Shown here one piece after another: positions 9,993 to 19,752 of a DNA stretch of 64,000 nt. A program made the position numbers and the translations under genes. Source of the stretch: a virus; the IMG/VR virus record IMGVR_UViG_3300044956_000431, positions 45,985 through 109,984 of that record. One strand, given 5' to 3'. Position 1 is the stretch's first letter. The number at the start of each line of letters is the position of its first letter. The notes below the pieces were generated by a model. It saw only the letters and a program-made list of their open reading frames with translations, did no database searches and was not told where the DNA came from.

Positions 9993-10534
9993 ACCATACG
10001 CTCCTTGATATATTGATAAATTTTACTGTTGCCCTGTGTATCAAGATGATTGATGTTGCCTGGATTAGTTTGTCTTAGTGTGAAAAATGAATGTATGTGA
10101 GTATTACTAAGATCAAATCCTGTGCAATGTATTGCACTCTGGCACTGCTGGAATAATCTATCTAACAAAAGATCAAAAAGATCATCTTGAAACTGCTGAT
10201 CATAAAAGTTTTTGTAATATCCTTTGACGATATCTGCCCACCCTACTTTGTCTAAACTGTCATTGGCCAGCATATCGCAGTAGGGATGTGTTTGTAAGGT
10301 GCGACTAGGGTGAGTTACATGATCCGGCACAAATACTCGGTCAGGGTTGGTATGAAATACTATGATATGATTGTAGTTTGTTAGATCCCGTTGCTGTATG
10401 CTTTTATAAATGCGGTATTCGCTAACTCCGCGCTGTGCAAAGTTATCAACTTTGAACTCTCTAGCTAACTGCGACGCCCAGGAATCTGCTCTGTCAATGG
10501 TAGCAAAACTATCTCCAAATATTGCTACTCTCAT
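9989..10534 (-). CDS. SGNH/GDSL-like hydrolase or acyltransferase
   Basis: IFGDSF, NFAQRGVS and INHL; start MRVAIF overlaps the upstream stop. Confidence 0.75.
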   Translation of the reverse strand: MRVAIFGDSFATIDRADSWASQLAREFKVDNFAQRGVSEYRIYKSIQQRDLTNYNHIIVFHTNPDRVFVPDHVTHPSRTLQTHPYCDMLANDSLDKVGWADIVKGYYKNFYDQQFQDDLFDLLLDRLFQQCQSAIHCTGFDLSNTHIHSFFTLRQTNPGNINHLDTQGNSKIYQYIKERMV

Positions 10535-11238
10535 ACCCATCCCAACTGTTGTAGCTTGGGTTCTAACACTTGTTCCCACCAACGCTGATTACCATCGGAT
10601 CCATAATGACCGTGCCAGCCAAACTTGTCAAAGTCTACAGGACAATAGACATCTTTGTTGACACTGTAATAGGTGTCATCAAATATGATGCTGTGTGGAT
10701 CAGCTGAAAATCTTCGTTGGATACTGCCTAATACTGGCCAATCAGTCTTGGGTTGAAACGGTTCTGCTAGATTTACAAACAAGTACTGATCAGTCCATCC
10801 TTTGATGTATCTACTTAACAAAAAAAGTTCTCGCAAAGTTTGTGCTTCTTGCCAACTTCGATTCCAAGCCGTCACATATCCACGACCCAGTTGATGTGTA
10901 GTTACCTGACGTAGACCATCATGCTCCGGCAGTTCTGGCTGATCAATGGGTTGAAGATTTCCAAACATTTTGTGATATCGGGGCGGCCGTGATTCAGTAT
11001 CGTACACTGTAAAACGTTCAATGGGTGGCACACCAACTACAACATAGTCATCTTGAGCAAATCCTGCACCAGCAACAATGAGATGAGATATGCTGTCTAT
11101 ATTGTTGCCTGGCCAGCTGTAGTTTTCTACTGTGTCAACTTGTAGTGCCCAAGCCATCAAACCCCACCAAGAGTCCTGTGGTTCTACACAAAATCTTGGT
11201 GTGCTGTAGCTATCTCCGTAGATAATCAGTCTAGACAT
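10531..11238 (-). CDS. SGNH/GDSL-like hydrolase or acyltransferase
   Basis: YGDSYS, NYSWPG and HGHYG. Confidence 0.7.
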   Translation of the reverse strand: MSRLIIYGDSYSTPRFCVEPQDSWWGLMAWALQVDTVENYSWPGNNIDSISHLIVAGAGFAQDDYVVVGVPPIERFTVYDTESRPPRYHKMFGNLQPIDQPELPEHDGLRQVTTHQLGRGYVTAWNRSWQEAQTLRELFLLSRYIKGWTDQYLFVNLAEPFQPKTDWPVLGSIQRRFSADPHSIIFDDTYYSVNKDVYCPVDFDKFGWHGHYGSDGNQRWWEQVLEPKLQQLGWV

Positions 11239-12190
11239 TGAGTTTCCTTGCTAGATTTTTTTTGGACATTTCTATACGTATGCGATTACTATTTCTAGCT
11301 TCAAAAATACTCAGCAGTGTGGCTGCACGTCCATATTTTCTCACAGCATCATTGACGTCTTTGATATCTAAGCCCCAGTTGGGTATACTTACTGCCCAGC
11401 CCAGTTCCAGGGCACGATCTATCAACCGAATGCCTGCTTCATCTTGATCAGGCACAACTGTTATTTTTTTGCCCAGGCTACAGATCAGACGTACTTGGGC
11501 ATCGTTGATTTCTGCGTGTAACACTGCTAGACCGCTGACGCTGAGTGCATCAAACACTCCTTCCATGATCAGAACATGTTGCCATGAATCTTTCTGCAAG
11601 TCTGTGCCAAATACATAGCCATGCTGGATATCTTGTATGTACTTGGGTGTGCGATCATCTAAAAATCTTGTGGTGTGTCCTACCACTTGGCCATCGTGTG
11701 TGAATGGAATCACTATGCCCGGGCGTGGCATGGTCTTATACAAGAAAGGATAGTCCAACGGTACTGAACGGTTGTTGAGATATGATTGCGCGACATCTGT
11801 AAGTGGTTGAGTATCCGTGGGCAACAGTCGATCTTCAAACTCAATGTTTTGTAGTTTTTGAACTATCTGTTGACGCTCGGCTACCAGGCCTTCTATGTTA
11901 CGATGTCGAAGGCTTTCTAAGTTGATGCGTTCAATCTCATTACGATCTATATTGAGCCACCCCAACAGCTTGCGAGCTTTGAAACTGAGATTCCTACCTA
12001 GCACAAAGCTGGCAGTGAATCCGCAGTTGAAGCAATGATAACTCCATCCTTGAGCAGTGACCTTAATACCACCTCGCTGACGTCGGTCAGCTGACTCTCC
12101 ATTGTGTACACAGCAAGGTGCATTGAAGCTTGTCCAGCCTGAACTGGTGTTTTTGCGCTTTATGGGTAGGTAGGAAAGGACATCGATCAC
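11231..12190 (-). CDS. DNA primase (T4 gp61-like)
   Basis: Zn-binding CC...HCFNC; TOPRIM motifs EGVFDA, PDQDEAG and KDVND. Confidence 0.9.
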   Translation of the reverse strand: MIDVLSYLPIKRKNTSSGWTSFNAPCCVHNGESADRRQRGGIKVTAQGWSYHCFNCGFTASFVLGRNLSFKARKLLGWLNIDRNEIERINLESLRHRNIEGLVAERQQIVQKLQNIEFEDRLLPTDTQPLTDVAQSYLNNRSVPLDYPFLYKTMPRPGIVIPFTHDGQVVGHTTRFLDDRTPKYIQDIQHGYVFGTDLQKDSWQHVLIMEGVFDALSVSGLAVLHAEINDAQVRLICSLGKKITVVPDQDEAGIRLIDRALELGWAVSIPNWGLDIKDVNDAVRKYGRAATLLSIFEARNSNRIRIEMSKKNLARKLNV

Positions 12191-12927
12191 TCTAATATTT
12201 TAGCATGTTTTATGTGTTCAATCAAGTGATCTGCTATGATCTGATGGCCTTTTTCATTGGGATGACCGCCAGATGCAAAAGGCTCTATGCCCAGTTCTTG
12301 TTTTTTTTGGTACAGGATTTCTCGCCAGCTTAGACCTGGATAGATAAGGCTGGGTGCCGTAACTCCATAACGGTTAGGCAACACTGAAAACTGTATGACC
12401 GGAATCTTGTAACGACTAGTGGCCTGATCAAACAAGTTGATTGATGTCTGAAAGTTGTACTCGGCCCAATCTGCGTGAAAACTCATACCTAACCAAAGTT
12501 TCTGTAGACGGAACCAGTTTTCGTCAATGTCAGGATTGGGCTGAGTGAGCCATGTGCCATGCATGTGTCGATTCCATTGTGGATCCTTGCGACTTATTTC
12601 GTGCAAAGGATTGAACCAACTCTGGCGAGTGGCGTCTGTGTGTCCTACCAAAAACAATACATCATCAATGCTTTGTCCGTTGCGCAAATACCACATAAAG
12701 TTCCAGCGCATGCTTTCCAAGCTAGAACCAGGAAAGGCCATGTTGTCCAGTTCGAGACCAAACTTATCGGCTACTAGACCTGCGTAACCGTGTTTCAATC
12801 TGTAACTACGATTTTCATCGTAGTGATCTCTAAACTCAGACGCCGATAACCCTCTAAACTCAGGCGTCACAAGTTCATCGCCATAGGTCCAGCTATCGCC
12901 AAATACTACCAGTTTGCGTATCTTCAT
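12187..12927 (-). CDS. SGNH/GDSL-like hydrolase or acyltransferase
   Basis: FGDSWTYG, NMAFPGSS and GGHPNEKGH. Confidence 0.8.
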   Translation of the reverse strand: MKIRKLVVFGDSWTYGDELVTPEFRGLSASEFRDHYDENRSYRLKHGYAGLVADKFGLELDNMAFPGSSLESMRWNFMWYLRNGQSIDDVLFLVGHTDATRQSWFNPLHEISRKDPQWNRHMHGTWLTQPNPDIDENWFRLQKLWLGMSFHADWAEYNFQTSINLFDQATSRYKIPVIQFSVLPNRYGVTAPSLIYPGLSWREILYQKKQELGIEPFASGGHPNEKGHQIIADHLIEHIKHAKILE

Positions 12928-13919
12928 CTAAATGCTATTGACGTGATAAATCCGTTGTTGATGGCGGCGTTGGGATTGTTGACATAGCCTTCACCACCAG
13001 TGATCACAAAGGCGCCAGTAACATTGCCGCCTGATGCTTCTGCATAGGCAGTGGCTCCTGTGCCCTCGCCGTGGATTTCAATATTGGGCAAAGGTGTAGA
13101 TATCCACTGACTGCCTTGATTGTTCATGGTAATGTTGGTGACTTGACCACCACTGACTATGACATTGCCCACTTTGGCTTTGTAGCCATACTGATTTATT
13201 TCAAACCGTATATAGTTGTGATAGCCTTCAATGTTCCAATGATCGCGAACTTCTTGGTTGATATATTGGCGTTGGCTACCAATGTCATACCAAGGGCCCA
13301 ACTGTGTGTTGGAACCCTGTGGCTTCACATTGCCCGAAAAGTTATCAAAAGTCATTTGAAACGTAACCAGGGGGCGGCCCTGTACATACACAGCAGATGT
13401 GTGATTTCGATTGGGATTGCTTTGGCTGATCTCTGGATTGGCAGGTATGGTCATGATTTCGCTGGGCACGAAATCAGGGTACACTGAATCTACCACATCA
13501 GCTTTGCCACGACCACCGGAATAGGCATCTGTAAACACAGGTTCGTACAGTGTGCTGGTCACTGTGTTGCGTTCAAGACTCCAGCCCACGGGCTGTGCAT
13601 CTATAGAATCCAGTTCAGTTGACAGCAAGGTCACTTTGGCTCTTCCAAAGGTGGCATTTAGGATTTCCAAGTCTTTGCTCAACAGTAATATGTCTCCATT
13701 GGTGCTGATCAGTCTAAATGTGATAGTTGATTCTGTGATATTCACAGGCTTTTCGTCTTGATTGACGAACTGAAACAATATGACGTTGTCTACGCCACGA
13801 TGTATTTTTAGATTTTTTGTGTACACAGGTTGCCACCTCCGGTCAAAGTAAGCACCACTGGTATCAATCAATAATACCTGTTGTTTTTGCTGATATAAAT
13901 AGGCAGTGGTAGAATACAC
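12924..13919 (-). CDS. Probable virion or baseplate structural protein
   Basis: BppU-like beta-rich N-terminus; C-terminal GxGATA...GGEGY repeat typical of phage tail proteins. Confidence 0.55.
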   Translation of the reverse strand: MYSTTAYLYQQKQQVLLIDTSGAYFDRRWQPVYTKNLKIHRGVDNVILFQFVNQDEKPVNITESTITFRLISTNGDILLLSKDLEILNATFGRAKVTLLSTELDSIDAQPVGWSLERNTVTSTLYEPVFTDAYSGGRGKADVVDSVYPDFVPSEIMTIPANPEISQSNPNRNHTSAVYVQGRPLVTFQMTFDNFSGNVKPQGSNTQLGPWYDIGSQRQYINQEVRDHWNIEGYHNYIRFEINQYGYKAKVGNVIVSGGQVTNITMNNQGSQWISTPLPNIEIHGEGTGATAYAEASGGNVTGAFVITGGEGYVNNPNAAINNGFITSIAFR

Positions 13920-13942
13920 TTTAATAATTCCTTAAGATATTT

Positions 13943-14320
13943 ATGGGCACAGAGATCTTCGCCAAAATAGCAGAACGCTATCCTTTCATTACATTCTGCA
14001 CCTATGCAGGCAATGAGTACATCGGAGTAGTACAAAACCGCGACGATGCAGTGACCACTATCTATGATTTTGGAAATATTCCACACCCAGAGCTAAAAAA
14101 AGTGTTCTTAGAACTGGCCAATGTATGGTGGTGGGAAAGCAATCGTAGCATACCTATCAACATATTTCTCAAGCAAGATTGGGAAGTGTTCCGTCCGTTC
14201 CTGCGAACGTTTACCAACAAAGATCTTGAAATATTGCACGGGCCTTGTACCAGCCTAACAGACATTGCCCGTAAAAAATCCAAACGTAAATCAATCACCC
14301 TGGTCCGCAGAATGGACTAG
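13943..14320 (+). CDS. Hypothetical phage protein
   Basis: 125-aa ORF (WWWESNRSIPINIFL) filling the gap between minus-strand genes. Confidence 0.75.
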   Translation: MGTEIFAKIAERYPFITFCTYAGNEYIGVVQNRDDAVTTIYDFGNIPHPELKKVFLELANVWWWESNRSIPINIFLKQDWEVFRPFLRTFTNKDLEILHGPCTSLTDIARKKSKRKSITLVRRMD

Positions 14321-14866
14321 ATTCATGTGCAAGGCTACTAGCTGTGCGTAGCCTACAGCATGGCTTTTCTTGAAAAAATAACTGTCGTCCTGCGGGCGAG
14401 TCCAGATATCTTTGGCTATTGCAGACCACCCGCCCTGTGCTAGATGGCGTTTGGCCGGGCGGATCACTGCCAACAACATGGCCATTCTGGGTATGTTATC
14501 AGGCTGTAGTTGATGTACTAGATCATAGTGGTTACCAATGTGCGCAATCTTTTCACAGAAATCACGCTCCTGCAAACGACACCACGGCGGTTCTTGTGCC
14601 AACATTGAATCATAGTGTGCTTGATCACGCACAAGCTGATATACTGTCATGTTCAACAGGTCTATCTTAAAATAGCCACGCTGTTTGGCTTCTTGGTAGT
14701 CTATGGCCGCACACTGATTAACAGGATCTCTAGGTATGTCTGTGATATAAACACCAGAGTTATGCCGGCGCACACAACCGTCTACAATCTGTCGAGCAGA
14801 CACATGCTGTATCAACTTCAGCACTTGCTCTCTATCTGCTAGATCAATGTCTACATCTGCACTCAT
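14291..14866 (-). CDS. Miniature DNA polymerase III alpha (DnaE)-like fragment
   Basis: DVDID, HNSGV, FKIDLL, AVIRP and FKKSHAVGY: family C palm and fingers motifs in order within ~190 aa. Confidence 0.8.
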   Translation of the reverse strand: MSADVDIDLADREQVLKLIQHVSARQIVDGCVRRHNSGVYITDIPRDPVNQCAAIDYQEAKQRGYFKIDLLNMTVYQLVRDQAHYDSMLAQEPPWCRLQERDFCEKIAHIGNHYDLVHQLQPDNIPRMAMLLAVIRPAKRHLAQGGWSAIAKDIWTRPQDDSYFFKKSHAVGYAQLVALHMNLVHSADQGD

Positions 14867-15549
14867 TACCAACCTGCCCGGGCCAATATGTCTTTGACGT
14901 ATTCTTGATCTGCTAGATAGTCTCGAAACTTTTTCTGCCAGAACTCAGGATCAATCCAGGGCCAGATTATGGCCAGTTGTTCCCGGTCTAGATCGTCAAG
15001 GAACTGCTGACCAGACGCACAGTTATACAACACCCAAGCACTGACACGCCCTGTGCTCACAGCATAGACCACTGCATTGGCATTGCCGTACCGTAAGAAA
15101 TCGCTGGCTGGATGCTGGTGTGTTTCACTCCAGACAATCGAATGTTCAATGGCCCGTGCAAGTGCATCTGTAACACTTTCCTTGCGCATGTACTCATTGA
15201 GGTATTCTGTGTATACACTGTCTCTGCACCAATGATCAATCTTTTTGTTTTTTTCAACTACCCAATCAATAAACCGGGATGTGTTCACTGCATTGATAGC
15301 TACACAATACCTTCCAAACTTTACAAAGGCACGATAGTAAGGACTGGTCACAAAATCATCAAAAGTTTTGAGCTTGGCTGATCCTTGAGTCATTTCGTAA
15401 AATCGGAGATATGCCTGTAGACCCAACCTCACTCCTGGATCATCTTTGCTTTGGTAACGTTGTTTTTGCTCGCAGACATGTACAGAAAGACTGGTCTCTC
15501 TTTGAAAGTCTTTTTTGCAATATTGGCATGTATACTTTACTGCTTGCAC
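14866..15549 (-). CDS. Hypothetical protein with an N-terminal C2HC-type zinc finger
   Basis: YTCQYCKKDF...LSVHVC. Confidence 0.7.
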   Translation of the reverse strand: MQAVKYTCQYCKKDFQRETSLSVHVCEQKQRYQSKDDPGVRLGLQAYLRFYEMTQGSAKLKTFDDFVTSPYYRAFVKFGRYCVAINAVNTSRFIDWVVEKNKKIDHWCRDSVYTEYLNEYMRKESVTDALARAIEHSIVWSETHQHPASDFLRYGNANAVVYAVSTGRVSAWVLYNCASGQQFLDDLDREQLAIIWPWIDPEFWQKKFRDYLADQEYVKDILARAGW

Positions 15550-15562
15550 GATTTATTGTAGC

Positions 15563-16723
15563 TTACTTGAACCAGTTTTGTACAGAGCCTTGCCGAGAAA
15601 TATCATTGGTCACGCAATGAATACCACAGTCCCAAAAATACTTGTGACGGAATGGCACTACATGAACTTCGATTCCATGTCGAGCACAGGCTTTCTCCAC
15701 TTGATCGTTGTGGGTTGACACAACAATATTTTTTGGATCCATTATCAGTATGTTGACATCAAACACTGTTTCCGACACCTGGCCTACCCACTCATCAAAA
15801 TAATGATCTACCATGTGTATGAGATTGTTGTCTTGTTCAAATCCAGGTATAAACCAACGACCTTTGTTGCGTTTCATTGAAAACTCAAACTCTCGCATGT
15901 GAGCATAGTTTGACGGTGGCAAATATACCACCTCCCAATCTGGGAATGTGTCAGTATAAGTGGGTATATCATTAAGGCTAATGATAAGTCCTGGAGCAAC
16001 AGGGCAGTACACAGCATCACCATGGCCGCCAGAGTTCACTACTTTGTTCACTGTGCGAGGGAACAGTTGATTAACTTGTTTCAGTATAGCCTGTTTATCA
16101 TCGTGATATGTTTGTGTGGCAAAAAACAAGTTCTCACCAATGCGACTAACAAAGCAACCGTTGACAAAGTCTAGGTCGGTATATACAATCTCGTTACCTT
16201 GAGCACGTATTTCATCAAACACGTGATTGTAAAAACTCAACTTGCTGTCCAAATGACGTTGATCTGTTTCGCAAAACTTTGCAAACTTTTCACGAATCTC
16301 TTGAGCATGGTTAGGCCAGGCTTGGTAAAAATCATCTGGGCGTTCATAGTCTGGACAATGTACAGGTTTGTTTTGTCTGTAAAAAACTGACCAAGCATGA
16401 CTGGCATTGGGTACACGTGGTACCCAAAAACGATCTTCAATCATCAAGAAGTAGTCGCGTGGTGCAGTAGGAGGCTGGACCCACTTGCCATCAATATATA
16501 ACTCATTTAGATCGCTAGGAAACTCAGGACGATGTATGCGTACACTAAAGTGTTGGGTCAATAGCTTGATCAGTTCTTGATAATCTTCCTCTGTTTCTTC
16601 TGCCAGCCGTTCAAATCGACTGCGTGTCTCTGCGTCATTGATCCAGCTGTAGAACTCAGGAGGATAGGTAAGTCCCACTAAGCAAACCTTTAACGGATCC
16701 CAATGTTGGTATACTGAGTACAT
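15563..16723 (-). CDS. Amidinotransferase (glycine/inosamine-phosphate amidinotransferase family)
   Basis: WDPLKVCLVG, PRD, GHGD, DVNIL and catalytic GIHCVT. Confidence 0.85.
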   Translation of the reverse strand: MYSVYQHWDPLKVCLVGLTYPPEFYSWINDAETRSRFERLAEETEEDYQELIKLLTQHFSVRIHRPEFPSDLNELYIDGKWVQPPTAPRDYFLMIEDRFWVPRVPNASHAWSVFYRQNKPVHCPDYERPDDFYQAWPNHAQEIREKFAKFCETDQRHLDSKLSFYNHVFDEIRAQGNEIVYTDLDFVNGCFVSRIGENLFFATQTYHDDKQAILKQVNQLFPRTVNKVVNSGGHGDAVYCPVAPGLIISLNDIPTYTDTFPDWEVVYLPPSNYAHMREFEFSMKRNKGRWFIPGFEQDNNLIHMVDHYFDEWVGQVSETVFDVNILIMDPKNIVVSTHNDQVEKACARHGIEVHVVPFRHKYFWDCGIHCVTNDISRQGSVQNWFK

Positions 16724-17163
16724 TATTCTTTGTGTCCTTGATTTTTCAATATTTCTTTAAGTTCAGTCTTGGTCATCATGGCTGCCATGGTGTCAATGTC
16801 ACTCATCTTCATGGCTGGATATAAGTCTACAAGAGATTTCTTTATTTCATTGTTTGCTGTTTCTTTTTTCTTGGGAGCAATCCATTGATGCCTATGTGTG
16901 CCTATGCCAGGACTCACACTTGTGGCCATGAGCCACTGTAGCTTTGGATGTCGGTTTACTGCAAAGAAATGTTTGTTGAGTCGTTCGTTTGTGGCAATAA
17001 CATAGAACTCTTGTAGTTCTTTCGATCCTTGCACACTGGATCCCCAACGTATCATAAGATAGTTAGAGAACTTCTTGCGTTCTTCCTCGGTGAGACTATC
17101 GTAGAACTCTCGATCTTTACGATCAAAGCACGTCATCTCGTTTTGTATTGAGAGTTTTTCCAT
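16723..17163 (-). CDS. Probable clamp loader small subunit (T4 gp62-like)
   Basis: Size, FSNYLMIRWGS...LNKHF...QW...HQWIAPKK pattern, replication context. Confidence 0.5.
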   Translation of the reverse strand: MEKLSIQNEMTCFDRKDREFYDSLTEEERKKFSNYLMIRWGSSVQGSKELQEFYVIATNERLNKHFFAVNRHPKLQWLMATSVSPGIGTHRHQWIAPKKKETANNEIKKSLVDLYPAMKMSDIDTMAAMMTKTELKEILKNQGHKE

Positions 17164-17672
17164 TACCAAGCCTTGTTGTAATCTACTATCTCACAGTTAC
17201 GACTGATGTCTTTGACAAAATAAACACAATCGGGTTCTGGATCATTGTTCAGCGGTATGCACAGCATCTGTCCATTTTTTAGCTTAGGTGCAAACCACGC
17301 AACATCATGATACACGTCTACAATCTCAATGTCAAGAAAGCTGGGTCTAAAGCTGGTCAGAGGATTGAACTGAAATGCTTTGAACCCACGGTCATTGATT
17401 GATGTCAGTGGTAGCATTTCTAAATCGCCAAGGTCGGGCTCTCCAATCAGGATTTGCCAGTCAATGGGCATCTTTAAACGATGCTCGCCAATCTGTAAAA
17501 CCAACGCAGGTGAGTTAAAACTCTCTAAAAAGATTAATGGTATGTAGTGGTAGTCTGGGTCAGATGGGTCTGAGTTATCTAAAATAGCAAACCGCATGTC
17601 ATCTACTTCTTCGGGTAGCGTATCTAGATCATAGGCTTTGTTGTCTAGTGTCAATATTTTCATGTTATCCAT
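17163..17672 (-). CDS. Hypothetical phage protein
   Basis: 169-aa acidic beta-rich ORF, translationally coupled to its neighbours. Confidence 0.7.
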   Translation of the reverse strand: MDNMKILTLDNKAYDLDTLPEEVDDMRFAILDNSDPSDPDYHYIPLIFLESFNSPALVLQIGEHRLKMPIDWQILIGEPDLGDLEMLPLTSINDRGFKAFQFNPLTSFRPSFLDIEIVDVYHDVAWFAPKLKNGQMLCIPLNNDPEPDCVYFVKDISRNCEIVDYNKAW

Positions 17673-18286
17673 TATACAATATTATTACGTATTCCGCGAC
17701 CAAGGATCACTCCGTAATCGCCGGATTTTATAATTTGATAACCATTGATTATCAAATACGGTACCACAGCACCGCCCTTGCCTGTATAAACTGCATTGTG
17801 CTCATAGGTGTCGTCCACACAGATAATACTCTTTGTTGCCATGCTAGGTAACAGGCCCATTATCTGACTGAGATGATTAACTTGGCAGTTGATATTGGTC
17901 ATATCTATACCCATTTTGCAATACCAGGCCTGCTGTTGTCTCATATTATCGCTGGGCTTGTGTGATTCCCAATCCCAATCAAAGTTATCCAGATACAACA
18001 CTTTGATAAGTTGGTGGCGTTGGTCAAACCGCTGACACCATTCAGTGGCATTGGCGCAGGTAAACTCTACTCTTTGCAAGTGGTCTGTATTTACAGTCTT
18101 GATCACACGATGGTAAGCTTCTGGATCTATGTCCACGGTGATCAATCTAGAGTTGTGTGTATTGGCCAGGTCAGCAAAATATGCTGTGCTACCTTCCCAA
18201 CGGTCACTGCCTAGTTCTACAATGACTTCATTACAATCAAACTCACCTAGTAAATATTGCCCAACTTCTCGAAACAGTGTGCCCAT
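17672..18286 (-). CDS. Class I SAM-dependent methyltransferase-like protein
   Basis: VELGS, TVDID, LYLD and VDDT...GKG. Confidence 0.7.
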   Translation of the reverse strand: MGTLFREVGQYLLGEFDCNEVIVELGSDRWEGSTAYFADLANTHNSRLITVDIDPEAYHRVIKTVNTDHLQRVEFTCANATEWCQRFDQRHQLIKVLYLDNFDWDWESHKPSDNMRQQQAWYCKMGIDMTNINCQVNHLSQIMGLLPSMATKSIICVDDTYEHNAVYTGKGGAVVPYLIINGYQIIKSGDYGVILGRGIRNNIV

Positions 18287-19752
18287 TATGTGGTCATCCA
18301 CTCAAGTTTTTCGTGCGTGAAAGGATAACGAGCTTCTTTGTAATAGGCTTTACGTTTGGTTAAATGTCTTTTCGCAAACTTGCAGGTGGATGTAATGTCC
18401 CAGATTTGTACATGGTCTTTATCCTTTGCTTTTCTAATACCGCGCCCAATGCTCTGTATAACTCGTACAAAGCTCTTTCCGGGTTCCACAAGCACCAGAT
18501 TGAAAATCCTAGGAATGTTAATACCAACAGCGGCCACACCGTAAGTAGCAACAATAATTTTATCAATAGCTTGAGCCACTTCATCGTATTCATCTTGTCT
18601 ATCCTTTGCCTTGGTTGCACCTGATACAAATACAGCACGTTCGCCCAGCCGTTTGACCAACTCTTGTCCAGCCGTAATACGGTCAACTAGCACAAGAGTG
18701 TTTCCTGTTTCATTAACTTGACGTATAAGGTCTGCCATGGTATCAAGTCTACCAGATTCTTCTAACAGATACTTTAGTTCACTTTGATAGTTGGTATATT
18801 CAACATGATCAACCAGCTGTACAATGTTTACATGGCACTGAGCCAACACACCCTTATCTTGTAGTTCTGCGGCTGCCAATCTGCTGACAACAGGCCCAAG
18901 ACTCACATGAATAGCCTGAAACTCAAAGTCCTCTTTGGGTACTGTTCCTGTGAGGCCCCAGCGAATTGGCACTCGCGACATTACGCCAGTGAGTAGAGTT
19001 TTCAGTGCGTCGGCTTTGGCCATGTGTACTTCGTCTACCATAACGCATACAACATCTTCCAAGAACTCACCAATGGTACAATCTGTAGTTCCTGACTTGG
19101 TATTCTTTAACAGTACGTTAAGACTTTGCCAAGTACAGATGGTATGTGTTTTACTCCATTCTTTTCTGTCGCCAAAGTACACCCCAACGTCTAGCCTTAG
19201 ATTGCGATAGTCTTTTTCTGTTTGTGTAACAAGACTTTTATTGGGCACAATCACCAGGCTACGGCCATAGGGTTCCACAGCATGACTTAGTGTAGCTGTC
19301 ATTAGAGTCTTGCCAGCGCCCGTGGCAATCTCTTGAATACACTGTGGGTTACTTAGAAAGTTGTTGACTATTTCAACTTGATAGTCTCGCAACATAATGG
19401 GTTCACCGGTCTGTGGATGCCCTGTGGGCCAGGTCTTGTTGGCAAAAGTATTTTCTGTGATTGTTGGAAACTCAAAGGTAATAGAATACTCTCTCTGATC
19501 ATCTAGTTCAATGTCATAGTTGTATTCTTCTAATATGGGTATAATTTCAGGTAATAGGTTTACATAACTACTGCCGCCCAGTTGGAAAAAGGATACCTTA
19601 CCGTCCCATCGTCCCAATCTCACTGCTGGTAGATACCTTGCATAAGGAACATCATATTTGAACCGCTTGACCAGAGTTCGTCGAACGTCTAGCTCTAGTC
19701 CTTCTATTTTGACGTTTACTTCGTCTTGTATGATTAGTCGTGCAGTTCTCAT
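18286..19752 (-). CDS. uvsW: SF2 DNA helicase, UvsW-like
   Basis: LRDYQ, ATGAGKT, DEVH, GLTGT and QSIGRGIR. Confidence 0.9.
   Translation of the reverse strand: MRTARLIIQDEVNVKIEGLELDVRRTLVKRFKYDVPYARYLPAVRLGRWDGKVSFFQLGGSSYVNLLPEIIPILEEYNYDIELDDQREYSITFEFPTITENTFANKTWPTGHPQTGEPIMLRDYQVEIVNNFLSNPQCIQEIATGAGKTLMTATLSHAVEPYGRSLVIVPNKSLVTQTEKDYRNLRLDVGVYFGDRKEWSKTHTICTWQSLNVLLKNTKSGTTDCTIGEFLEDVVCVMVDEVHMAKADALKTLLTGVMSRVPIRWGLTGTVPKEDFEFQAIHVSLGPVVSRLAAAELQDKGVLAQCHVNIVQLVDHVEYTNYQSELKYLLEESGRLDTMADLIRQVNETGNTLVLVDRITAGQELVKRLGERAVFVSGATKAKDRQDEYDEVAQAIDKIIVATYGVAAVGINIPRIFNLVLVEPGKSFVRVIQSIGRGIRKAKDKDHVQIWDITSTCKFAKRHLTKRKAYYKEARYPFTHEKLEWMTT

Noticed and set aside
17163-17672. Possible Hint/intein-like domain
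   Set aside because: No N-terminal Cys/Ser or C-terminal His-Asn splicing motifs seen
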